Positions 19,087-29,092 of a stretch of DNA of 64,000 nucleotides are shown here, piece after piece. This stretch comes from Rubripirellula sp. (GTDB lineage Bacteria; Planctomycetota; Planctomycetia; Pirellulales; Pirellulaceae). The notes beneath the pieces were generated by a model, which ran no database searches, was not told the origin of the DNA, and saw only the letters and a program-made list of their open reading frames with translations. Within the stretch, counting starts at the first letter, position 1; each line of letters begins with the position of its first letter. Made by a program: the position numbers and the translations under genes. Location of the stretch: assembly GCA_965216875.1 (NCBI GenBank), contig OZ244207.1:576001-640000 (forward strand). Direction: 5' to 3'.

Positions 19087-20061
19087 TCATTCAGCCTCAT
19101 CATTCGGATCGTAGTCCAGCGATTGGAGATTCATCCCTTCAAGCAATGGTCGCGGATACCAAGCAGCGATACCAAACGCGTTTCCGTCGGTGTCAAAGCA
19201 TCCAGGACCGCCTAGCTTGTAGCCTGACTCGAAGTCTGGGTCGGCTTCAAATCGGCTAAGTATCACCCCAAGAAAAAAAGGCATGTGGGGGACTTCCATG
19301 ATCCGAAGGTCGAATCGAAAACTAAACTCACCCTGAAACGGGAGTTCGCGTCGAAGGATGTAGTTGCCGTTTGTTGTCGTTGCCGACACCAACTCAGACA
19401 CGGGGAACATAAAGAATTCCAGATTGTATGCCGTTGACGTTGGCAACCCGGCATACAAGGGATGATGCCAGAGGTCACCGGGTCGAAACGTCTCAGCGTG
19501 TTTGCCTCCGCGTTCGACGAATTTATCAAGCCCTTGAAATATCAATCCGCAAAGCGGTCCAGAGGTGACGTTCACAGAAGTGGGGGCTTTCAGGCCAACA
19601 CCCCTTATTTGCTCAAGTTCCCGGTTGTACCCAGACACAATCGGTCGACCGGAACTCGAAAACTGAACAAAGCCGCCCATGTGAAGGCTTAGCTTGACCC
19701 GGTCGCTGACAGTAAAAGTGGCGGATTCGTGTAGCTTCTGTATCGACTGCTTCTGCGAATAGTCGTAGGGGATTCTTAGGACCAGTCCATCGGTTACCGG
19801 ATGATATGGGACAGACAAATGAAATCCGTCCCTCAAGAATCCGATACGCGCAATAAGCCGCTCACGACCGTCTTCGCCTTCAACGGCAACACGGTAGCCT
19901 TCCCCAATGTGCTTTCTCACTTTTCGAGAACTTTGACCGACCGCCTCTACAGCGCGGCGCAGGCGAGATTTGGATACTCCGATCGCACCCGCGTAATACT
20001 GCAAAAGCCAATCCTCATTGGGATCGATATTGTCTGGGATATCCGAAATGATCATGCGCAC
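19087..20061 (-). CDS. DUF3606-like N-terminal domain protein
   Basis: IDPNEDWLLQYYAGAIGVSKSRLRRAVEAVG resembles DUF3606; remainder unassigned. Confidence 0.6.
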   Translation of the reverse strand: MRMIISDIPDNIDPNEDWLLQYYAGAIGVSKSRLRRAVEAVGQSSRKVRKHIGEGYRVAVEGEDGRERLIARIGFLRDGFHLSVPYHPVTDGLVLRIPYDYSQKQSIQKLHESATFTVSDRVKLSLHMGGFVQFSSSGRPIVSGYNRELEQIRGVGLKAPTSVNVTSGPLCGLIFQGLDKFVERGGKHAETFRPGDLWHHPLYAGLPTSTAYNLEFFMFPVSELVSATTTNGNYILRRELPFQGEFSFRFDLRIMEVPHMPFFLGVILSRFEADPDFESGYKLGGPGCFDTDGNAFGIAAWYPRPLLEGMNLQSLDYDPNDEAE

Positions 20062-20081
20062 GAACCAAATAACTCAGAGTA

Positions 20082-20672
20082 CTAGAGACCGACCATGCGA
20101 TTCCAGTCAGCAACATACATCTCGATCCGATGAAACTCACCAGGCAACAGCAGTCGGTTGTGAGCCATAAAGTTCCGGGCCTTTTCAAGCTCGTCAAATC
20201 GTTGCTTCAACCAATGCTGCGTCGGAATCAGGTCTGAGAAATCCTCCCAGTTGTTGAGGATGATGTCGGCAAGGTGTCCAAATTGCACGAATCCCAGAAC
20301 GTCACGCTTCTGGCCTTCGAGCCACGAGTTGGTGTTCGCGTCTTCCTGACGTGCTTCCGCAAACTCACGGATCTTCTTTGTCACCTTATTGTCCCACCAA
20401 TCATCTCCATACTGCTCTTGGAGGCGTTGCGTGATAAGGGATCGCACAGAATTCTCGAAGCAGTAGACCAAGGAATAGAGTCGTCCCATTTGTAACGCTT
20501 CATTGCGAAGGTCAATGCTAAAGGGATCCAGTGTTTCGTTGAGCAACGCGCGCTCGGATTCAGTCGTGTCGGCCCCAACACGGATGCCGGCAGATCGAAA
20601 GTGTTCCGCGTCCGCTTCGAACATCAGACCTCGAAACATCCAGTCCCTAACTTCCTTTCGTTCAATCTTCAA
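20082..20672 (-). CDS. Swt1-like HEPN domain protein (predicted RNase)
   Basis: FENSVRSLI..., YGDDWW and the RNFMAH Rx4H HEPN motif. Confidence 0.85.
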   Translation of the reverse strand: MKIERKEVRDWMFRGLMFEADAEHFRSAGIRVGADTTESERALLNETLDPFSIDLRNEALQMGRLYSLVYCFENSVRSLITQRLQEQYGDDWWDNKVTKKIREFAEARQEDANTNSWLEGQKRDVLGFVQFGHLADIILNNWEDFSDLIPTQHWLKQRFDELEKARNFMAHNRLLLPGEFHRIEMYVADWNRMVGL

Positions 20673-21297
20673 TTAAGTGCTCCTTCAGTGATTTAAAGAT
20701 GGCATTATAGACTTCGATATCTTTGGTAGGCGGAAGGTGTATTTCGATGTTGTATCGAAGTCCACCAAACGCCGGCATTTGAACTTGGCTTGTGTCCGCC
20801 TTTGCTTCCTTGTCTGGCGATTCCCCGCGGTCTTCAGTTCCTTGATTCTCATCACCCGTTGGTGCCCCATTTCGTCTTGCGGCATCAAGGTCTGCGAGGT
20901 CGAGCAAAGCAAAAAACGTTTTTGCTTGCTCTTTCGCGACCCTATCGGATGCGTTGTGAAATGACTTAAATTTTCCCTCAATCGAAGCGCGATCCGCTTC
21001 CGTAGGGTTCTCATTGACGTGGAACACCTCTTCGTACGCTTCGTGGAGTGCTTCTGCCATCACCTCACGTGATCGCGATTTGTCGCGGTAGTCATGGTAG
21101 CGCTGCGTTGGACTGCCATCGCCGGTCAAAAACCCGAGGTCCTTAAGCACAGGGATGATCCCCATGTCATTGCTGCTCTTGAAGCCAATCCCCTTGAGAT
21201 GTGCCTGGGAGAATTTCTCTGGCGCGGTACCCTCGATGATCTTTTGCATGATCGCGTGCAGGTTTTTGGTGCTGGTCATGTAGCGTGAAGTCAACAA
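20662..21297 (-). CDS. DUF5343 family protein
   Basis: APEKFSQAHLKGIGFKSSND...GSPTQRY; C-terminal YNIEIHLP; overlaps the HEPN gene. Confidence 0.8.
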   Translation of the reverse strand: MLTSRYMTSTKNLHAIMQKIIEGTAPEKFSQAHLKGIGFKSSNDMGIIPVLKDLGFLTGDGSPTQRYHDYRDKSRSREVMAEALHEAYEEVFHVNENPTEADRASIEGKFKSFHNASDRVAKEQAKTFFALLDLADLDAARRNGAPTGDENQGTEDRGESPDKEAKADTSQVQMPAFGGLRYNIEIHLPPTKDIEVYNAIFKSLKEHLIED

Positions 21298-21576
21298 TTT
21301 GATCTCCCTTCTCGTTCTCGTGGTATGGAGGGATTGAATAACTATTCAGCGAGTACAGACCCAGTCTACATTTATCTGGTTCGCGCCCGCAATCGACCGC
21401 GTATGGCGGGAGATGGCCCGGATATCGACCACTCCCCGTCAATGGATTTAGAACGAGCGTCGATTCTAAATCGTCGGGTTAGGTAGCGGCGGCTGCCGTG
21501 ATGGATCGACGTTCGGCATTGGCTTTCTGCTGGGCGTCGATGCATCGGCCCATTCCCCAGCCGGAAAGCCATTCTG

Positions 21577-22953
21577 ATGATCGAAAACCCATTCTTGCGT
21601 GACATGGAATCCTATCTCTACACCGTAGGCTTTCCGCCGCCTGACTTCCTTGACTTCGCGGATGCGATGGTGCTGCCCAGAATCGACCTGCCTTTCAAGC
21701 AAGCCAGCAAGATCAAGGAAAAGCGATGGGAAGCGACCTGCTGCGCCCACAACCTGATCTACGCGGGGCTCGTCAATCGGACGGTTGCGGACTCCCGTGA
21801 TGGCAAAGGCAAATCACGAGCTCGCGTCTGGGACGCGATCATCAAGGCCGGATTCGCTGATAGATGTACTGGGAGCGAGCAATCCGGCAAAGTGACACGC
21901 TATTACCCTCGTGCCAAACTGCTGCGGCTTCGGAAGCAGTGGAAATTGGATTTGCTGATCGACCTTCAGCTAGAACGCAACACTGAACGTCCACACGATC
22001 CAACGAAGCAAGCGTTGGTCCTCCTGCATAGCAGCAAGGTCGATCCAGTCACAGGGCTGAAGTTGGACGAGTTGGATCAAAAGCAACCGCTGTCTTTTCA
22101 CGACTGGGCAAAGAACGAAGCCGGACCACGGGGGATGCAGAGCGGACTTGAGTACGTACAAGCGATGGAGGATCTGATCGAACGAATCAACCGATCCAAC
22201 CTGCGGCATTCCTGGCAGGCATTTCACGTCAATCCCATGAGCAGCAAGGAAACGGCATTTCAACCCAATTCATGTGTCAGACAGATTCACGTCGGTGAGA
22301 TGTTTCGGGGCACGCGACTCTACTCGTGGTCACTGCTGTCCGGCCAGAGCCTACCGAAAGAAGATCGCAAGCGAATGCTGATCGATGGCGAGCCGGTAGC
22401 CGAGTTTGACTATTCAGGTATGGCGACGCGGATGCTTTACCACCGAACACGTCTGAGAGGGCCCAAGGGCGACGTGTACAAGCCGGACGAATTGTTCCCA
22501 AGGTTTTACGCGTTCGAACCTAGCCCCGAAACGGCCGAGATCGTGCGTGAATTCGGGAAACGGGCCACGAACATCTGCTGGAACGTTTCCAGCCGAGCCA
22601 ATGCAAATTCGGCGATCAGCAAACTGATTACCGATCATCCCGATCGCGACCTGATCGAATCCGTTTTGAAATCGGAGGGGATGAAACGCACCGATGTCGT
22701 GACACGCATCCAAGCAGCCCATCCGAAACTGGCCGAGGATTTCTTTTCAGGAGTCGGAATCGAACTGATGACCGTTGACGGCAGCATTATGCTCCGCATT
22801 CTCGAAACGTTTGCCGACGCCGATAAGCCAGTGCTGGGCATTCACGATTCCATCGTGGTACGCGAATCAGACCGCAGGTTTGCCAGGCGAACGATGAAAG
22901 ACGCTTACCGCCGATTCATGCTTTTTGAGCCCGTGATCAAACGTGTCTATTAG
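21577..22953 (+). CDS. Family A polymerase / single-subunit RNAP-like palm domain protein
   Basis: GEPVAEFDYSGMATRMLY (motif A-like) and VLGIHDSIVV (motif C-like). Confidence 0.55.
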   Translation: MIENPFLRDMESYLYTVGFPPPDFLDFADAMVLPRIDLPFKQASKIKEKRWEATCCAHNLIYAGLVNRTVADSRDGKGKSRARVWDAIIKAGFADRCTGSEQSGKVTRYYPRAKLLRLRKQWKLDLLIDLQLERNTERPHDPTKQALVLLHSSKVDPVTGLKLDELDQKQPLSFHDWAKNEAGPRGMQSGLEYVQAMEDLIERINRSNLRHSWQAFHVNPMSSKETAFQPNSCVRQIHVGEMFRGTRLYSWSLLSGQSLPKEDRKRMLIDGEPVAEFDYSGMATRMLYHRTRLRGPKGDVYKPDELFPRFYAFEPSPETAEIVREFGKRATNICWNVSSRANANSAISKLITDHPDRDLIESVLKSEGMKRTDVVTRIQAAHPKLAEDFFSGVGIELMTVDGSIMLRILETFADADKPVLGIHDSIVVRESDRRFARRTMKDAYRRFMLFEPVIKRVY

Positions 22954-23472
22954 GGTCTTCGTAACTCGTTGCAAAAGCCCGAGTTACGAGTTTTTGGCGG
23001 GGTAATATAGGAATAGAAATCCCGAATAGAAAACCCAACCGCCCCCCGCCCCTCCCTCCGCCCTCCCCAAAGGAGGGCGGAAAGGGAGGAAGCGGAACGC
23101 GGAAACGGATGAATAAGAAACGAACCCAACGTTAGACGTGTTACGGTTGCACGGTAGACGTCATCAGCACGTGGCACGTCCTAGACGCTGTCGGAAGTCG
23201 TAGACCCAACGTCCTGCGTCGGTACGCCTTTTGGTGCCTTATTGGGCGTTCGTGCGTAAAAAAAGATGAACTTTTTTAAGTTGTGCCGCAGCAAGCGTTT
23301 GCGTCAACGCAATATGCGCAATTGACGCGTTTCTGAGCGCATCAACGTGTTTTTCTGGGCGCATAACTCAGGGTATCCAGCGATATAGATGTGCACGGGA
23401 TGATTCATCGTCGAATTGCCCATACACGAACTCGGATCGTGTAGAGCTCTACACGCTAAGACTGAGAGCATC

Positions 23473-24144
23473 ATGCCAAGGTATCGAACGCCCCATTGGA
23501 CCGACGGACGAATCGCGAAGCTGCATGGAAGTGCACTAACCAGACGGTTCGCCAATCTTGCCGAGGTCGCGAATAAGTACCACAGGATATGCGCTGAGAA
23601 TGAGCAGTCAGCTTTGGATTGCGCCAAAAAAGTAGGTGATGCTCTGACCGAGGCCAAGCGTCGGTGTGGTCATCGCAAGAAGTGGTCGAAGTGGCGCAGC
23701 GACAACTTCGCTGGATCAAAAGAGACTTCATGCCACTACATGCGAATCGCTCGTGAATGGAACAATCCCAAAATCCGCGAGGCGATGGCACGCGGTGAGA
23801 TCAAGAGTATCAACCAGTTTCTCGCGGTGCTTCGCAGAAAGGGAAATCCCAAATCGCAAACGACAGCGGAACAACGACACGTAATCAGGCTATTCACGAA
23901 ACTTGCCAAAGATCTGAACTGGGCCGACCAAAACCGTTTGGCAATGCATAGCACGGCCCAGGACGTAATGCCCAAATTGAGTGATTTTTTGCTAGAAGTA
24001 CTGAAGGGGTATCCAGTTCCACATCTGGTCGAGGTTTACCCAGGAGAGTACGAGATCAACTACTACGATGACGGCGATCAAGCTGAGGTGACCATGCCTC
24101 CTGGTATCAAACCACGCACCCAAAAAAGAGCCAAAAACCGGTAA
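23473..24144 (+). CDS. DUF3102-like protein
   Basis: AKKVGDALTEAKRRCGH.KKWSKW...YMRIA. Confidence 0.6.
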   Translation: MPRYRTPHWTDGRIAKLHGSALTRRFANLAEVANKYHRICAENEQSALDCAKKVGDALTEAKRRCGHRKKWSKWRSDNFAGSKETSCHYMRIAREWNNPKIREAMARGEIKSINQFLAVLRRKGNPKSQTTAEQRHVIRLFTKLAKDLNWADQNRLAMHSTAQDVMPKLSDFLLEVLKGYPVPHLVEVYPGEYEINYYDDGDQAEVTMPPGIKPRTQKRAKNR

Positions 24145-24208
24145 TGGCTAAGGCTACCTATCAGCCGGATTCCTTTTCCATGATTGGTCCTGTGTCTTGG
24201 AATGTGGA

Positions 24209-25279
24209 TCAGGAGTTCTGATAAACTGCACGGCCAACCTTCAGCACATCGCGGCGATAGTCGCGATCCCACCTTGAAAAGCGCTCCATAGTTCTTTCGT
24301 CTTGGTGTGCAGCGAGAACAAGAACAGCACACCAATGGTCGACATCACCCATCGCATGTTTATGTGAATCAGCGAACATCTCGAAAACTTCTTTTGCGCG
24401 AGGCACGGATTTTCTCAATACCGCGTCCAACTCGCCGAGGGTCGAGATTTCGGTTGCTTTGCACGCTGCAAGCAGATCTTCAGAGTCAGGCTGGGCTCTT
24501 GCCGCTTTGAGCTTACTCTTGGACACCGCGTCCATAACATCACGCACAATGCTCGCTTCTTCGCAGTACTGCTCGATCGAAATCGCGTTAATTTCAATCT
24601 TCAGTGTTTTGTCCGCCAACTGCTCGGACACTTCCTTAGCAAGTGATTCTTGCTGCGCCTTTAAGCTCGTAAACTCGTCGTCGGCTAACTCAAACAACCC
24701 TGCAAGTCTCATGAGACGTCGCCGAAACTTGGATGGAACGTCAGATTCGCGCTTGTATTGCAAATGATGGGAAATTGCCGCCCATGCGTGCTGAAGAACT
24801 GTCCTTACCTGAATTTCGCACACCAATCCCACGAACGCATCCCATTCTGGCAACTTCGCCCGAGCATCGTTGAGCGATACGACTAGGTGGACGGACAGAT
24901 ACCCAAACTGATCTGCATCCAATTCCGACGATTTATCAATGCTGCGTGCGTCATCAACCTCGAACTCGTTCCGCAGAATCTTGGTAACTTCATCTACGTC
25001 CTCTTGGTAGTACAGAATCACGCGAGCGCCTGCGAGGTCGGGCAACTCATCAAGCGGGTTCGTGTAGGATTTGCCGGGTCGCTGAATCTTTTCCGCAAAA
25101 CTCTCAATACTCTTTGCACGTGATTCAGTGGTGTGGTGCGGGATCGAGTGTTTCTTTATCAGTTGGAGAATCAGCAATTCGATGCGGCGAGCAAATTCTT
25201 GAATTCGAGGTTGCATCATGCCATAGTCGGCGACCAATTGATCATGATCCGTTGCATTTCTCCGGCGTTTTTTTCCCAT
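24209..25279 (-). CDS. RelA/SpoT-domain small alarmone synthetase with C-terminal extension
   Basis: RAKSIESFAEK, DLAGARV, GYLSVH and EIQVRTVLQHAWA motifs. Confidence 0.9.
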   Translation of the reverse strand: MGKKRRRNATDHDQLVADYGMMQPRIQEFARRIELLILQLIKKHSIPHHTTESRAKSIESFAEKIQRPGKSYTNPLDELPDLAGARVILYYQEDVDEVTKILRNEFEVDDARSIDKSSELDADQFGYLSVHLVVSLNDARAKLPEWDAFVGLVCEIQVRTVLQHAWAAISHHLQYKRESDVPSKFRRRLMRLAGLFELADDEFTSLKAQQESLAKEVSEQLADKTLKIEINAISIEQYCEEASIVRDVMDAVSKSKLKAARAQPDSEDLLAACKATEISTLGELDAVLRKSVPRAKEVFEMFADSHKHAMGDVDHWCAVLVLAAHQDERTMERFSRWDRDYRRDVLKVGRAVYQNS

Positions 25280-25698
25280 AGATCCTTTGCTCAACAAGAG
25301 ACTGCAGTTAGGCCCACGGCGGGGATACCAATACTTGTTCCGCTGATGGTCGTAATGTAACAGGGTGCGGCTATAGATGCGAAAGCGCTACGCTGGGGTA
25401 GGGATCGCAGTGGCTCAGTATCAGTATCCGGCAGCGGCACCGCATTCCGCACCGTGATTCACGGGGTCAGCGTCATCCGTGATCCGCTCACGACGATCTA
25501 TAGATGAAACTGGCCATCGGTTCGGAGCTGCGCTAGAAAACGGGTCCAGGTACGCGAGAGATATTCGCGGCCAACGGGAGCGACGCCTAACGCTTTGCCT
25601 TCCGTATTCGCCCGAAGCGTCGCATAGGAAATGCAAACGCCGTAGAGCGCGATTTAGAACGCCTACGCGACGTGTTCTCCAACGAAAGGAGCCAACCG

Positions 25699-26322
25699 AT
25701 GCCGAAACAGAAACCCGTTGCGATCTATGCCCGTGTCAGCTCGCAGAAGCAGGACACCGCCAGCCAGTTGCCGGACCTGAAACGCTGGGCCGATGCCCAA
25801 GACGCGGACGTGCTGTGGTTCGAGGACGAAGTTAGCGGCACGACGATGGACCGACCGCAATGGTCTGAGGTCGCCAAGCTGATTAGCGCTCGAAGGATCT
25901 CAGCCGTTGTTGTTTGGCGGTTGGATCGTCTTGGACGTAACGTCAGCGGGCTTTCCAGTTTGTTCGATGAGATGCGGGCCAAGGGCGTTGATCTGGTCAG
26001 CCTGAAAGACGGTCTGACGTTATCGACGCCAGCCGGACGATTGATGGCTAACGTCCTCGCCAGCGTTGCACAGTTTGAAACGGAGATCAGAGCCGAGCGC
26101 GTGTTGGCTGGTCAGGCGAAGGCGAAAGCGAACGGCAAGACGTGGGGCGGAAGCAAGCCAGGTGTGCGGAAGAAAGTAACGCAGGAACAGATCGATGCGA
26201 TTGAGATGCTGTACGACGAGGAGATGTCTACTGCCGCCATCGCACGAACGGTGAAGCTCGGACGAAACACCGTAGCCAGCGTTATTCGCGAGATTCGAGA
26301 AAACTCCCCTTTTCGTAAATGA
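25699..26322 (+). CDS. Small serine recombinase (resolvase/invertase)
   Basis: YARVSS, RLDRLGRN, C-terminal HTH. Confidence 0.93.
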   Translation: MPKQKPVAIYARVSSQKQDTASQLPDLKRWADAQDADVLWFEDEVSGTTMDRPQWSEVAKLISARRISAVVVWRLDRLGRNVSGLSSLFDEMRAKGVDLVSLKDGLTLSTPAGRLMANVLASVAQFETEIRAERVLAGQAKAKANGKTWGGSKPGVRKKVTQEQIDAIEMLYDEEMSTAAIARTVKLGRNTVASVIREIRENSPFRK

Positions 26323-26362
26323 ATGGTGGTTGGCGGCCTGATGCTTGTCATACGTTCCGCGT

Positions 26363-26737
26363 ATGACGAGAGCCAAGAGCCACCGAAACGAACTACCTTC
26401 CAAATACGAGCGGGGATTCCTGAAAGGACTGGACCGACGTACGCAAATCTACGCGCGGCTGACTGCGATACACGATGAAATCGTGGACGATCTGGGCGGC
26501 AAGGATGGGCTATCGCATACGAAGCTCGCATTGATCGAACGCTTCGTATTTCTTGAAGCCGTGATCCAGAAGATGGAACTGGACATGGCCAAGTCCAAGA
26601 CGCTCAATGGCGAGGAGCTTAATCGCTGGATCCAAGGCCTGAACTCAATGACGGGTCTGGCCAAAACGATCGGCTTGGAACGCCGCCAACGAGCGGTCAA
26701 CGTTCGCGACTACGCCAAGAAAAGGGCCGCGTCATGA
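26363..26737 (+). CDS. Hypothetical protein, possible terminase small subunit
   Basis: Helical 124 aa ORF coupled (ATGA) to the terminase-like gene. Confidence 0.5.
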   Translation: MTRAKSHRNELPSKYERGFLKGLDRRTQIYARLTAIHDEIVDDLGGKDGLSHTKLALIERFVFLEAVIQKMELDMAKSKTLNGEELNRWIQGLNSMTGLAKTIGLERRQRAVNVRDYAKKRAAS

Positions 26738-28137
26738 ATATCGTCCAAGCGATTAAGGATGAAAACCTGATCCAGCCTTTCTTGGGCGATGACTTGAGTT
26801 CTTGGCGTCCATGGGTATCGGCCCTCCGTGTGATGTATGGGTTGCCGTTGTCACGGTCCGATCGCATCCGAGCGAGGAAATGCACCGGACGCGATCCGGC
26901 AGGGATGCCGGCGGAGGGCTTTGATACTGCTCTTTTCCTGACCGGCAGACGTAGCGGCAAGTCGCGTATTGCATCGGTGATCGGTGCATACGAGGCGATC
27001 CTGGCGGGTCACGAGGATCGGCTGTCCAAGGGTGAACAAGGCGTCGTGGCGGTCTGCGCTCCAACGAAACACCAAGCCCAGATCGTGAAAAGCTATCTGC
27101 GTGCGGTGTTTGATTGCGGCTTCCTTCGCCACGAGGTGAGCAGCGATACCAGCGACGGGTTCAGCCTGAACAACGGCAACCGCATCACGATTCTCGCTGG
27201 CGACTGGCGAACGATTCGCGGGTTCACGTTGATCGCCGCCATCATCGATGAAGCTTGCTTTTTCGGATACGACGCAGAGTCAAAAGTCCGCAGTGATACG
27301 GAGCTCGTGCGGGCGATCAAACCGGCACTGGCAACGGTGGGCGGCAAGCTGATCTGTATCAGTAGCCCATACGCCAAGCAAGGCTATTGCTTCCAGCAGA
27401 CGAAGAAGCAGCACGGCAACGACAAAGGCAAAAACCTTGTCTGGTGGGCCCCATCGCAAACGATGAACCCCACGCTTCCGCAAAAGGCAATCGATGACGC
27501 CTTGGCGGAGGATTACGCAGCGGCACGTTCTGAGTATTTCGCCGAATTCCGTGATGACGTGGCCGCGTACATTTCCCGCGAAGTCGTGGAACGGTTGGTC
27601 GTGTCAGGTCGCACGCGACTATTGCCCAGACCAGATACGCGTTACTTCGCTTTCGCTGATATGAGCGGTGGGCGTGGTGACGCATCCGTGTTGGCGATTG
27701 CCCATCGCGAGGACGGCAAGATTGTCCTCGATTCCATCGTTGAATTCAAACCGCCATTTAACCCGATCGACGTGATTGAAACGTTCTGCGACGAGCTTCG
27801 GCGTTACCGATGCGGCAGGGTGATGGGCGACAACTACGCGGCTGAATTCGTCTGCCGGACCTTCAATGGTTTCGGCGTGCGCTACATCAAATGCGAGAAG
27901 CCCAAAAGCGTCCTGTACGCCGAGCTTCTGCCTCACTTATGCGCCGACGGTCTGAGTCTTCTGGATCACCCTCCGATACTAGATCAGATAGCCGGTTTAG
28001 AACGCCGTACACGAAGCGGAGGGCGTGACATTATCGACCACCGACCGGGAGCCCATGACGACGTTGCCAACGCGGTAGCGGGCGTGGTCGTGGCGGCCAC
28101 CAAACGCGGTCGCAAATTCGGAGCCATTTGCAATTAG
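26734..28137 (+). CDS. Terminase large subunit-like ATPase/nuclease
   Basis: GRRSGKS Walker A, IIDEA Walker B, ISSP, ADMSGG and HDDVANA nuclease residues. Confidence 0.85.
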   Translation: MNIVQAIKDENLIQPFLGDDLSSWRPWVSALRVMYGLPLSRSDRIRARKCTGRDPAGMPAEGFDTALFLTGRRSGKSRIASVIGAYEAILAGHEDRLSKGEQGVVAVCAPTKHQAQIVKSYLRAVFDCGFLRHEVSSDTSDGFSLNNGNRITILAGDWRTIRGFTLIAAIIDEACFFGYDAESKVRSDTELVRAIKPALATVGGKLICISSPYAKQGYCFQQTKKQHGNDKGKNLVWWAPSQTMNPTLPQKAIDDALAEDYAAARSEYFAEFRDDVAAYISREVVERLVVSGRTRLLPRPDTRYFAFADMSGGRGDASVLAIAHREDGKIVLDSIVEFKPPFNPIDVIETFCDELRRYRCGRVMGDNYAAEFVCRTFNGFGVRYIKCEKPKSVLYAELLPHLCADGLSLLDHPPILDQIAGLERRTRSGGRDIIDHRPGAHDDVANAVAGVVVAATKRGRKFGAICN

Positions 28138-28146
28138 GAGCATGGA

Positions 28147-28659
28147 ATGAACGACAACGAGTTTCGCCGACAGAAGCTTGCCGATTACGAAGCGAGGCAC
28201 AGCAAGCCGGATCATCCGCCCCTGCTCGTCGGTGGCTGGGTGTATTACCCGGATGGAGCCGCACGTGAAAAGAATCCTTGGGCTGGTGCTTGGTGTGAGC
28301 CTGATCCTGATCCGCTAAGTCGAGCGAAAACGATTTTGTTCTATCACGAGAAGCGGTTGGAGTTCGCGGTTACGGAATTCCAGTATCTCAAGAGCAGCCT
28401 GAAAGCTCAGGCCAAGTCCGAATACCTGGGCCGTCCCTGTCCGCCGAATAGCCTGGTTCAACGCGAAGGCATGCGGAAGCTCAAAGACATGAAAAGCAGT
28501 ATCGAGGTCCTTCAACGGCGATTTGAAAAGGCCGAGCAGGAGCTGAAAGAGATCGAAGACAACCACCCATCGTCGAGACGGCATCAACAGCGACGTGATG
28601 CCGAACACCGACAGACTGCCGAGGAGTTCGTCGCTGAAATCAACGACATCGAGATTTGA
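28147..28659 (+). CDS. Hypothetical coiled-coil protein
   Basis: 170 aa ORF with AGGAG RBS. Confidence 0.6.
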   Translation: MNDNEFRRQKLADYEARHSKPDHPPLLVGGWVYYPDGAAREKNPWAGAWCEPDPDPLSRAKTILFYHEKRLEFAVTEFQYLKSSLKAQAKSEYLGRPCPPNSLVQREGMRKLKDMKSSIEVLQRRFEKAEQELKEIEDNHPSSRRHQQRRDAEHRQTAEEFVAEINDIEI

Positions 28660-29092
28660 AAGGATCGATCCAATGACGTACGTACGCAACGTTAGACAAT
28701 CGCCGAAACCTTTGGAGCGCCCACCGGCTTTGTTTATTGATGAGACCATCTGTGGACCCCGTGCTTCAGGTCGGGAACTGTCTCGCCCATCGCTTCAGTC
28801 GGGACGGCAAGCGACCGGGAGTATCGGGATCGCCATGAATCAGCTTTCGCCTCCCGCGAGGCTTCCCAGTGCCCCGAGGTTTTTCAGTTAGATGCGATCA
28901 CGGCTGCGCATTCGGGGGTGTCCTCTGTGGTTCGTCTCATCTACCCGGAAGTGCCACGCCGCGAGGTGTGCGCTAGCGTAGCCGTAGGGCGGCAAGGTTG
29001 GAGCTTGATCACTCCGATCGGACCAACTAACTGCACGACGGTTGGTCAGCCGCCCTTTTCTCTCCCTGTGTCGTGCGAAAGGTCGTGCAACT

